NCBI GenBank assembly: GCA_951406725.2
Contig: OX597814.1
Span: 73,966,001-74,030,000 of the forward strand
Direction of reading: 5' to 3'
From: Octopus vulgaris
Taxonomy: Eukaryota
DNA: 64,000 bases
Of this stretch, positions 13,177-23,994 are shown one piece after another (positions within the stretch are counted from its first letter, which is position 1; each line of letters starts with the position of its first letter). Below the pieces are notes generated by a model. The model ran no database searches, was not told the DNA's origin, and saw only the letters and a list, made by a program, of their open reading frames with translations. A program made the position numbers and the translations under genes.

Positions 13177-13584
13177 TCAAATAAAGTTTTTGCTAAATAT
13201 CTTATTCCTGAAATTTAGGTTCTCTATTTAATATATGAGATATTTACTTTTTTCTGTATGCATGGTATCTGGAAATTGTTAATTTTATGAATGAAAAAAA
13301 ATTTATCATTTTTATCTTTTATTTAGGGAATTATTTCGATTAAATATTTATTCTGTGATCACTAAATGAGGTTTTTGATATTTTCCTGTGAGGAACAAGA
13401 AAATTTTAACATTTCAGAGAGGACTCTAACAAAAGAGTTCCGTCTGAAATGTCAGGCTTCCTCACAGCAAAATAATTTAATATACTTTGATAATTTTTTG
13501 TACTAACATATTTGCTGACATAGATCACTAGTATCCTTGGATTCTGTTTCATTCTTTGTTGTTGTCGATATGTATTGCATCCAA

Positions 13585-16500
13585 GAAGTAAGATGGAGAG
13601 GAAGTTCTGCTAGGTTCCTCACAGGCAAAGAACACAAGTACAAGATTTTCTGGGCTGGGAACACTGACGGTGTCAGGGCGTGGGTATACTTCTCATTGAA
13701 AAATGGGTAGATAAGGTAATTGAGGTAGTCAGATATGCGACAGAATACTTAAGATTAGATTAGTGCTTCATCATGGATTAGCAACCATTATATCGGCCCA
13801 TGCCCCTCAGCCAGGGCTACCCGATGGACAGAAAGACCGATTCTATGACACCCTACTGCAGACTACCTCGTTGACAAACGACAGGGACCTTCTCTTTGTG
13901 GCTAGTGACTTCAAAGGGGATGTTGGACAACATGCTGGGGGCTTCCATGACGTACATGGAGGCTACGGTTATGGTTCCCGCAACGAGGAGGGAACCAGGC
14001 TGCTGAGTTCTGTGATGCAAATGATCTTATGGTTTGCAACACTAACTTCAGGAAACCTACCAGCCACGTAGTCACCTACCGATCGGGCTGACATACTAGC
14101 CAAATTGACTACATCCTTGCCAGAAAAAGGGAAAGTTGGTTGCTTATAAATGCCAAAACCTTCACAGGTGAAGAATGTACCCTGCAACATAGACTGGTAG
14201 TTAGTGACTTTAGGATCAGGACTAAGAGGACAACCAACATGGAGAAGAAGTTTCTGGAAGCTTAAAGATTCTGTGAATGGACAGAGATTTAGGGACATAT
14301 TACTTGAAGCCTTGGACGAAATAGAAGGGGATATAGCTTTACATGGGGTAGAAGACAACTGGAGGTTTCTAAGGGACAACCTGCTGAGAGCCACTGACCA
14401 GATCTGTGGATGGTGCAAAGTCCCCTCTTGACTCAAAATAACGTGGTGGTGGAACAATGTTGTAGACAGGGCTATTAGAGAAAAGAGACAGGCTTGGTAG
14501 GACTGGAAGAATGGTGGTAGCAGGAAATTGTATCAGACTGCCAGAAGAGAAGCTAGGAGACAGGTTTATTTAGCCAGAGGGGAAGCAGATAAGAAAAAAT
14601 TTGCCAATGTACAGCGCCATGGGGACCAAAGACTTGAGGTATTTCGTGTTGCAAGACAGTGTGTGAAAGAGAATTGTGATGTTGTAGGAGAGAAATGTGT
14701 CCGCATGGATGATGGTTCTCTTGAATGGGAGAAAGAGTGTCTGCCGATTGTCGACTCAACAGAGGGAGCAGCTATCTGAGTTGACAGTAACTTGGTAGTT
14801 AAAGCAATTAAAAGTATGAAGACAGGGATAGCTGCCGGCCCATCAGGAATTACTGCAGAGATGCTCAAAATATCTGGCAGTGTCGGCTATAGCCTAGTCA
14901 ACCGTATAGTTAACCAGGTGATACACGAAGGAGTCATACCCAATGATTGGTGTAGCAGCACTGTAGTCAACTGCTACAAAGGTAAAGGAGACGTTTTAGA
15001 TACAAATAATTACAGAGGTATCAAGCTCTTGGATCAGGTAATGAAGATCACGGAGGGGGTCATAGCCCAACTAATTAGGGAGAGAGTCAGTTTGAGTGAG
15101 ATGCAGTTTGGTTACGTGCCAGGGAAAAGCACCACTGATGCTATATTTCTGGTTAGACAGCTGCAGGAGAAATACCGAGCCAAAGATAAGCCCCTGTACC
15201 TGGCGTTCGTTGACATGGAGAAAGCCTTTGACAAGGTCCCCCGATCCCTTATCTGGTGGTCAATGAGGAAACTAGGGATAGATGAATGGTTAGTGAGAGC
15301 CGTACAAGTCATGTACAGGGACACTGTCAGTAAGGTGAGGGTTGGCAACGAGTACATTGAAGAATTCCACCAAGGTTCAGTCCTCAGTTCCCTCCTATTT
15401 CTGATAGTCCTCCAGGCAATAATGGAGGAATTCAAGACAGGATGCCCCTGGGAGCTCCTCTATGCTAATGACCTTGCTCTAATTGCTGAGTCACTAACAG
15501 AACTAGAGGAGAAGTTTCAAGTGTGGAAACAAGGATTAGAATCGAAGGGCCTTAGAGTCAACCTAGCTAAAACCAAAGTCCTAATAAGTAGGAAGGCAGG
15601 CAAACCACAAATCCCTTCAGGTAGATGGCCCTGTTCGATCTGTAGAAAAGGCGTAGGTAGAAACTCAGTGTAAACTATGGACACAAGAGGTGCAGTAATA
15701 TCAAAGGAAGGCTAACTGAGAGGATAGTTTTTGTATGTGGCAGATGCTCAGGAGCTATAACACTGAAAATGTGCGGAGAACAACTTCCGCCACATTCCAG
15801 GGAGAAAAACTAGAAATAGTTGATAGCTTCTGTTGCCTAGGTGACCAAGTCAGTAGCGGGGGAGGGTGCACTGAAAGTGTAGCTGCTAGAATAAGAATAG
15901 CCTGGGCTAAGTTCAGAGGGCTCTTACCTCTGCTGGTGACAAAGGGCCTCTCGCTCAGAGTAAAAGGTAGACTGTATGATGTATGTGTACAAACAGCCAT
16001 GCTACATGGCAGTAAAACATCGGATGTGACTGCTGAGGATATGCGTCAGCTTGCAAGGAATGAAACCAGCATGTTCCGATGGATATGTAATGTCAGTGTG
16101 CATACTCGACAGAGTGTTAGTGCCCTGAGAGAAAGGTTGGACCTAAGAAGCATCAGATGTGGTGTGCAAGAGAGACGACTGCACTGGTATGGTCATGTGG
16201 TGAGAATGGATGTGGATAGCTGTGTGAAAAAGTGCCACACCCTAGCAGTTGAGGGAACCTGTGCAAGAGGTAGACCCAGGAAGTTCTGGGATGAGGTGGT
16301 GAAGCATGACCTTCAAACATTGGGCCTCACCGAAGCAATGACCAGTGACCGGGACCTCTGGAAATATGCTGTGCTGCAGAAGACTTGGCAAGCAAAAGTG
16401 TGACCATAACCTTGTGGCCTATGCGTGCCTTTTCTTTATTGGACACTAAACTCTGCTTGCAAAGACCAGTTGAGGCAAGTGAAATTGAAGTCGAAATAAA

Positions 16501-16949
16501 ACTCGGTGACTGGCATCCGTTGCTAGTGGAGCGCTAAGAGTACCATATGAGTGAGATTGTTGCCAGAGCAACAAGCGGGCTTAGTGCCGATGGCACGTTA
16601 AGCACACCATTCGAGCTTGATCGTTACTGCGACACCTTACTAGCACTTGTGCTGTTGGCACATGAAACATTCGAGCGAGGTCGTTGCCAGTGCCGCTGGA
16701 CAGGCTCCTGTGAAGGTGGCACGTAAAAAGCACCATTTGGGCATGGTCGTTGCCAGTATCACCAAACTGGCCCTCATGCCAGTAGCATGTAAAAGCACCC
16801 ACTACACCCTCGGATTGGTTGGCGTTAGGAAGGGCATCCAGCTGTAGAAACTCTGCCAGATCAGATTGGAGTCTGGTTCGCCAGACCTCAGTCAATTCGT
16901 CCAACCTATGCCAGCATGGAAAGTGGACGTTAAATGACGATGATGATTA
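13585..16949 (+). mobile_element. Long RTE-clade LINE (APE endonuclease + RT), inactivated
   Basis: QEVRWRG, SAHAPQ, DFKGDVG, QIDYIL; NYRGIKLL, QFGYVPGKSTTDAIF, LAFVDMEKAFD, HQGSVLS, LLYAND (YADD mutated), LHWYGHV, RGRPRKFW; tandem-repeat 3' UTR and (gat)n tail. Confidence 0.93.
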
Positions 16950-17106
16950 TGTTGTTGATTACTGAATGGTCTTTTCTAGTATAACAGTGTGAGTTACCAC
17001 TTTTATAAGGGTGTTTTATCTAGTTTATAATGGGCTGAGATTATCTTATTTATATGTCACCAATTTATAACATGTTCGAACTTGGAAAAGATAATAAATA
17101 TAAATT

Positions 17107-17639
17107 AAAATCAACAATATCAAAATCAAATCAAATGAAAATTTTACTTCTGAGCCCTGTGCTGGTAGCACGTAAACAGCACCATCAGAACGTGGCCAAT
17201 GCCAGTGCCGCCTTGACTGGCTTCTGTGCTGGTGGCATGTAAAAAGCACCATCTGAACGTGGCCGATGCCGAGTCAAGTACATCAACATCAGCAATATCA
17301 AAATCAAATCAAATGGAAATTGTAGTTGTGAGCCCTGTGCCAGTAGCATGTAAAAAGCACCATCTGAATGTGGCCGATGTCAGTGCCGGTGGCATAGAAA
17401 AGCACCATCCGATAGTAGTCGATGCCAACTCCCGTGGCCCCTTGTGCCGGTGGCACATAAAAAGCACCCACTACACTCTCAGATTAGTTGGTGTTAGGAA
17501 GGGCATCCAGCTGTAGAAACACTGCCAGATCAGACTGGAGCCTGGTGCAGTCTCCTGGCTTTCCAGACCTCAGTTGAATCGTCCAACCCATGCCAGCATG
17601 GAAAACGGATGTTAAACGACAACGACGATGATGATGATG
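17107..17639 (+). mobile_element. RTE 3' UTR-derived repeat with internal duplication
   Basis: aaaagcacccactacactctc...aggaagggcatccagctgtagaaac...(gat)n tail; aatatcaaaatcaaatcaaatg occurs twice (~17116, ~17293). Confidence 0.75.
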
Positions 17640-18094
17640 TTTATTAAATAGAAATCTATAGTGATAAACTGTCACTTATAACTTAATTATAAGTATTATC
17701 ATTATACATAAATCTTAACTCAGGCTGCGTAAATGCCGTGATGAATTATACACCACGAAAATGCTGAATGTACTTGTATGTTGAAGATAAATAAAGCTCG
17801 TTCTTTTTCACCGCTATAATAACAGTTTCATAGTTGCAGAAATAAATTTCATTAACAGGTTGAAGAAAATGAAGAAAGAGAAAATATTTACTAAATTAGT
17901 TTTTTTTACTTTCATTTAGTATTTAGTCAAAAGAAAACTGTCGTAGAGGATTATGACATAAAATTTATATTAACTAATCTTCCATATTAAGCTACTAGAA
18001 TTTTACACAACAATTCAAAAAAATCTTGTTGGAATTAGATATAGACATGGCATAAAAATAGCCAATATCTCAAAGGAATGATTGTCATGAAAAT

Positions 18095-18200
18095 GAGTGA
18101 CAACCAACAAACACTGGTGTGGGCATCGTGGAGTTGAGTAACAACCAATGATCACTAGGTATGAGTGTTGTGGAGTCTAGTGACAACCAACGATCACTAA
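18095..18200. repeat. Degenerate tandem repeat, ~42 bp unit, 2.5 copies
   Basis: agtgacaaccaac/agtaacaaccaat/agtgacaaccaac...cact...gtggagt. Confidence 0.7.
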
Positions 18201-19320
18201 TTAATTTCCCAAAAATCAGATATTATTCCACAATTTTTGAAATTGTATCTGTCAATACAGAATTTTTGGAGGCATTAAGCTCAGCCACATTTTTCTACAG
18301 AAGATCTTTTCCATATTTTGCTTTATAAATATTATTCTAATGATGAATAATATTAATATGTTTAAGTCTCAGACCATGTAATTTCTAAGGTAGAACCTAT
18401 ACAAAGGTAATAGGAAAGACGCTTATTCTATAAAATATAAAATTATATAATGTTTTCATTGTTTATGGTTCAGGGTTGATGATCATTGGATATATTCTGA
18501 CATCAATTCCTCCTGGCCAAAACACCATTCACTTTGGTGAGTGGAAAAAGCACCTTTTTTTCCTTCAGAATTATCCAGGCAGTACCGGCTTTACATTGTT
18601 ACCAGTAGTGATACCAACACATAGCAACCTGACTGAAATTCTTCAATGGACTTATATTATTATTTTTTGTTCTTCACACAGTATTATTATTTTTTTTTCT
18701 GTGTCCCACTGTTGTGGAATGCATAAAATTTGAATCCTTGTCACCAGTGTTGTGTCTTGCAAAACCTTCATTGTTATATCTTCACTGTTACATCTTGTGT
18801 GGTTCGAATAATTCTTCAACACTGTTATGTCTTGATTGTGTTCGAATTCTTGTCACTACTGTTGTGTCTTTAGTTAGCAGTTTCGAACATTCCATGTTCC
18901 ACTGGAATCTATTAAGTTCAATATATTAGAGAAATGTGAAACGAAATGTCTTGCTCCAGGGTACAATGTACTTCTTGGTCTAGGAATTAGACCCACGGTC
19001 TTTGGAACATGAGCCAAACATACTCGTTGCTGCTGGACCACGCTTCTTCACGCACAGTGGGACACAGAAAAATAATAATAACAATAATAATAATAATACT
19101 GTGTGAAGAAGAACAAAAATAATAATAATAATACAAGTCCATTGAAGAATTTCAGTCAGGTCAGGTCACAATATTTTAAAACAGGGTGGAGGGAAAAAAA
19201 GATACAAGCAAAACAACTCAAATTTTATCTTTAGGAGTTATCTCCCTTTAAAGTATGAGCCAGTGTTTGGCGTCAGCTACTTTTGAGTTTTGAAAACGTA
19301 CATACGAAAGAGTGTCTACT

Positions 19321-19764
19321 GGGTGTTCTTTTGGCGCGTGATCTACAAGGGAGATTACTTTAGGTTACATTTTAGTTAATTTTTCAATTTCTAAAAACCC
19401 GTATGATGTTGGCTAAAGATTTTTACAATGTGATCAGCCACAAGACGAAGACGGTTGCATTTTTACAAGAAACCAGTACTAAATTCACGTCATATACTTT
19501 GTCGTGCAATCTACAATTTAAAGGGAGATTACTTTAGGTTACTTTTTAGTTTACTTTGTTTTATTGCTACTTTCCGTGTGACCTACGTGAGCAAATTTAC
19601 TTTGGTGTGTGATCTACACGTTTATTTTAATTATTATATGGTTTTCTTATTATTAAAACAGTAAGAATTTGAAAATATGCATTTAAAATGTTAAGTATGT
19701 ACAAAATAATTTAAAAAGTAACTTAAAGTATTCTCCCTTGTAGACCACACGCCAAAGGAGCACC
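19321..19764. mobile_element. MITE-like element with ~65 bp imperfect TIRs
   Basis: ggtgttcttttggcgcgtgatctacaagggagattactttaggttac is mirrored by gtaacttaaagtattctcccttgtagaccacacgccaaaggagcacc; internal partial copies of the TIR. Confidence 0.65.
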
Positions 19765-20783
19765 ATCAATTCTCTTAAGTTATTATCCTTGAACCTAATG
19801 GTCAGGCAGAGGCAAGCACTTTATATTTTATATAATTTAAATTTTCATGCTTCCGATTGCCAAACTATTTGTCGTTTATGACATGTAACTAAGAGTTCGC
19901 AGTTTCAGTTTGAAATTACATAAAAAAATATACATTCCATATTATTAAATTTGTAAGCCCATTACTTCCGACCGCCCTATCGTCACCGTTTGAAACTATT
20001 TCATTGTTCTAATCTTAACAAACTTTTGCTGTTTCTAGTTACTGTCCTTGTCAAGGACATCGAATATACTCTTGAAAGCCTTCCTCTTTCACTCGATCCC
20101 TTCTATTTACGGAAACCAAATCTGTTTGCGCTATTATCGATGACGGTGACGACTTCTCGGTTCTTAAGGTATGTTTTGATCACTGCATCAGACATTGACT
20201 TAATATCCTTATACTTCTTCGCCTCTCCAATCACTTTAAATGGCTTGTTTTACTCCAATGATTTCTGAGAGGAATTGAATGGAGTAGGCATGATTATCAA
20301 GATATATCACTATTACACCAACTTGTTTATAAATTATATTGAGATCTTCATTTTCACCTATTTTACAAGACCAATCTATATGGTTACTATATCGATGATA
20401 ATATTGGGTTTAAACTTTGGTACAAGGCCAGCAATTTCGAGGGTGGGGCTAAGTGCTTAACTGGTACTTATTTTATCGACTCCAAAAGGATGAAAGGTAA
20501 AGTCGACCCCGACGGCATTGAACTCTGGACGTAGAGAGGGAGATACCAGAGAAAAACGTCTCACAGAACCCAAAGGATTTCTACTCAAACAAAAATATTC
20601 ATCACAAGGTGCTACTTTGGTGCGTGGTCTATATACACATACAGGCAAGCAAGTGTGAAGGAAGATCCAACAAGTAAAATAAAGAAGTACGTATTCACGT
20701 AAGATGTATATAAATATAAATAAATAAATCTACATATACACACATACAGATGTGTTAGTTTAACGCTCGGGAAGTGAAAAAGA

Positions 20784-20820
20784 TTTTAATGTTTCGAGCC
20801 TACGCTCTTCCACAGAAAGA
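20784..20820 (-). ncRNA. Degenerate hammerhead-like motif in a Penelope pLTR-type repeat
   Basis: Minus: tcttt-ctgtgga-a-gagc gtag gctc-GAAAC att-aaaa; same family as 34454-34491; non-canonical core. Confidence 0.35.
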
Positions 20821-21222
20821 AACAAAGAAATAAAATAAAGAATGTGTAGTGGCTAGCGATCTATCATGGCGAATGCCGGACAGAAGGGTCACACAGGATA
20901 GCTAGGAAGAAGGGGAGATAATAAAGTAGTGGTGATCCCAAAACGAAGGTGCGCGTGCATGTGTATAAGAGAGTATGTATGTGCGTGTGGAAGAGGGCTG
21001 GTGACCTCGACGTGTGCGTGTGTGGATGTGCGGCTGGGAAGAGGTCAGTGCTAGTGTGTGCGTGGTGGTGTGATGTGATGTTGTGTGGTATGGTGGTGTA
21101 TGGTGTAGTGGTGACATCTACAAACACATACATAAAAAAATGAACATGCACATACATGTAGACGGACACACATGTATATATATATATATATATACACACA
21201 TACATACATACATATATATATA

Positions 21223-21253
<31 letters not shown>

Positions 21254-21283
21254 GCATACATATATACACATATATATAAATAA

Positions 21284-21342
<59 letters not shown>

Positions 21343-21450
21343 CACACAAACACAAGTGCACACGTAAAATACACATAATATATACACATCCGCCCAGACA
21401 AATAAAAAATACAGGTGCATGCAAAATACATCAAAGAAAAAACCTATGTA

Positions 21451-22733
21451 CGAGGGGCGTTCAATAAGTAATGCCCCTGACCGACTTCCCATAGCAGTAG
21501 AGCAACGAAACTTGGCACAAGTATTAGTATTTTTCTACATAGGAACCACACAGAGGTATGCATTTCTCCCATCGTTTGATGCAGTTCTGGAGACCGTTTT
21601 CGTAGAAGACCCCAGCTTGGTCCTCCAACCACGACGTGACTTCAGAAATCAAGGCTGCATCATCTGGGAAACGCATTCCTTTCAAAAACAACTTCATGCC
21701 TGGGAAGAGGTGAAAATCAGAGGGTGCAAGGTCAGGAGAGTAGGGGGATGGGGGAAGAGTTCATAGCCGCACGCCTGTGCTTCTGATCTGGCGAGACGCG
21801 AGTTGTGGACCGGAGCGTTGTCCTGCAGGAGGAGGATGCCTTTGCTGATCTTGCCTCGCCTCTTGGTTTCGATAGCTTCTCTTAATTTCCTCAAAAGTGA
21901 AACATGATAGGCTCCTGTAATTGTGGTACCCTTTGCCAGGAAATCTGTCATCACTACTCCGTCCTGGTCCCAGAAGACTGTGAGCATGACCTTGCCAGCG
22001 GAGGGTTGTACCCTTGCCTTCTTTGGAGGAGATGAGTCACGGTGCTTCCACTGCATTGACTGGGCTTTGGTCTCTGAATCATAGTGATGGACCCAGGTCT
22101 CATCCTGTGTAATCAGTCTTTTGAAAAATTTTGACTCATCTTCTTGGCACATCCCTAAATTCTTGCTTCTGGATTCTTGCGTTCTTGCTTCTGGAAAAGT
22201 ATGAGCAACCTGGAAATCCATCTGGCAGACACCTTTTGCATATGCAAATGGTCATGAATGATAGTTTCCACAGACCCGGTACTAATCTTGACCTCATGGG
22301 CTATTTGGCGAATAGTTATGTGTCGATCTTCCAAAATGGCAGCCTCAACTTGACGGACAGATGCCTCATCAATGGCAGAAGGGGTGCGACCAGATCTGGG
22401 AGCTGTTTCCACAGAGTTCCGACCATGTTTGAATTCACGATGCCAACGTTTTACAAGGTCATATGATGGGGCATCATCACCATAAGTTACTTTCATTTCA
22501 TTAAAAGTCTCCTGTGGTGTGCGTCATTTCAAATACAAAAACCGGATCACTGCTCGACACTCAACATGCTCCATTTCCCACTTGACTCATTTCTAACACC
22601 TGTAAATCAGAAACCACAATTAGTTCGGAGCTGTAATTTGCCACTTAATCTATAGAGATATCAATAATTGCACATGCAGCTAGATCAAACAAAGGCAAGC
22701 GGGTCAGAGGAATTACTTATTGAACGCCCCTCG
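21451..22733 (-). mobile_element. Full-length mariner element, transposase 22574-21524 disrupted
   Basis: TA|cgaggggcgttcaataagtaat...attacttattgaacgcccctcg|TA; motifs SARWISRLL, TQDETW, QDNAPVH, YSPDL-like, ending YVEKY*; early stop and frameshifts. Confidence 0.96.
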
Positions 22734-23086
22734 TAAAAAACTAGTAGGGGTTTTCTACTAGTTACGTTATATTCTACTATACACACGTGGTCCTGTGTAT
22801 TTGTGTCGACCTGTTACCATTTTTTAAGCATACCCGTTAACTTTTAATTCTTATTTTTATGTTATAGTTTACCGCACATACAGACGTGCATGCACATTGA
22901 TATGTCTGTCTTTTTTCCCTTTCGTCTCTCTTACTATTATCACTACTATTATTTTTCCTCTTTCTAAAACTTGCTTACAAATATCCGATTTTTTCTCTAT
23001 TACCCCATTTGTATTCTCCCTTATTGTATCTTATTTTAATTTACTTTTTTTTTACGAAAGCTTTTTTGATGTCCTTACAAAAATTC

Positions 23087-23193
23087 CTCACACTGATGAA
23101 AATGACAATGCATAAATTTAAGTACAATTATTATGGTTATAATTTTTTTCTTACATATTTGTATTGTCCTTTGAAACGCGCGTATGTATTGAG
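23087..23193 (+). ncRNA. Type I hammerhead ribozyme candidate with long helix II
   Basis: ctcaca-CTGATGA(23093)-aaatgacaatgca...tgtattgtccttt-GAAAC gcgc GTA-tgtattgag; palindromic helix III (acgcgcgt); helix I interrupted. Confidence 0.65.
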
Positions 23194-23306
23194 TCCTACT
23201 TTGTGTTAAATCTAATTTTGATTCAACATCTTTTTCTCCTCCATTTTTCTATAATTGCTTAAGGTATTTTTATACCTATAACGATATTTTTCAACTATAT
23301 GTGTGT

Positions 23307-23345
<39 letters not shown>

Positions 23346-23363
23346 TGTGTGTGTGTGTGTGTG

Positions 23364-23515
23364 TAGGCGCAGGCGTGGGTGTGTGGTAAGAAGCTTGCTT
23401 CTTAACCACATGGTTTCGGGTTCAGCTCCCCTGCGTGGCATTTTCTACTATAACCTTGGGGCGACTAAAGCCTTGTGAATAGATTTGGTGGACGGAAACT
23501 GAAAGAAGCCCGTTA
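23364..23515 (+). mobile_element. SINE copy
   Basis: aggcgcaggcgtgggtgtgtggtaagaagcttgcttc...ggttcag...gaaactgaaagaagcccg between microsatellites. Confidence 0.75.
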
Positions 23516-23625
23516 TATATATATATATATATATATGTAGAAGGTTGAAAAGGAACACACGGGTTGATATATATATGGAAAAAAAGTCAAGGTAGAAAAT
23601 TATAAAATAATTTTATAAAAAACAT

Positions 23626-23664
23626 TTCAGTACCGGTTTCGGTCATTGAGTCTTTTACAACTGT
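23626..23664 (-). ncRNA. Degenerate hammerhead-like motif
   Basis: Minus: cag-ttgtaaa-agactcaatgacc-GAAAC cg GTA-ctg; palindromic helix III and GUA triplet present, first core strand divergent. Confidence 0.3.
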
Positions 23665-23994
23665 AAATATGGAAAACAATTACATTTTGGAAAAATTAAA
23701 TGAAAAGATTTTAAAAAGAATATTTGAATAGTGTTCAAATACAAGGGGTATTTTCCTTGTTTCTGCCTGTATCTATCTTGTTTACTCTTGTGGGTTAGAG
23801 GTCGTTGTGAAATCTTGGCAGAGAATAATAATAATAATAATAAGCATAAAAATAAGAACAAGAATAAGAATGCGGGAGTGCTATGATAGTAGTAGGATGT
23901 TAAATAATCAAGTGCCCTGAAATAGACTTGTTGTGGATGGTAGTAGTGATTGAATTCTTGAGATATCTCTTTTGAACGTAGTTTATAACATAGC

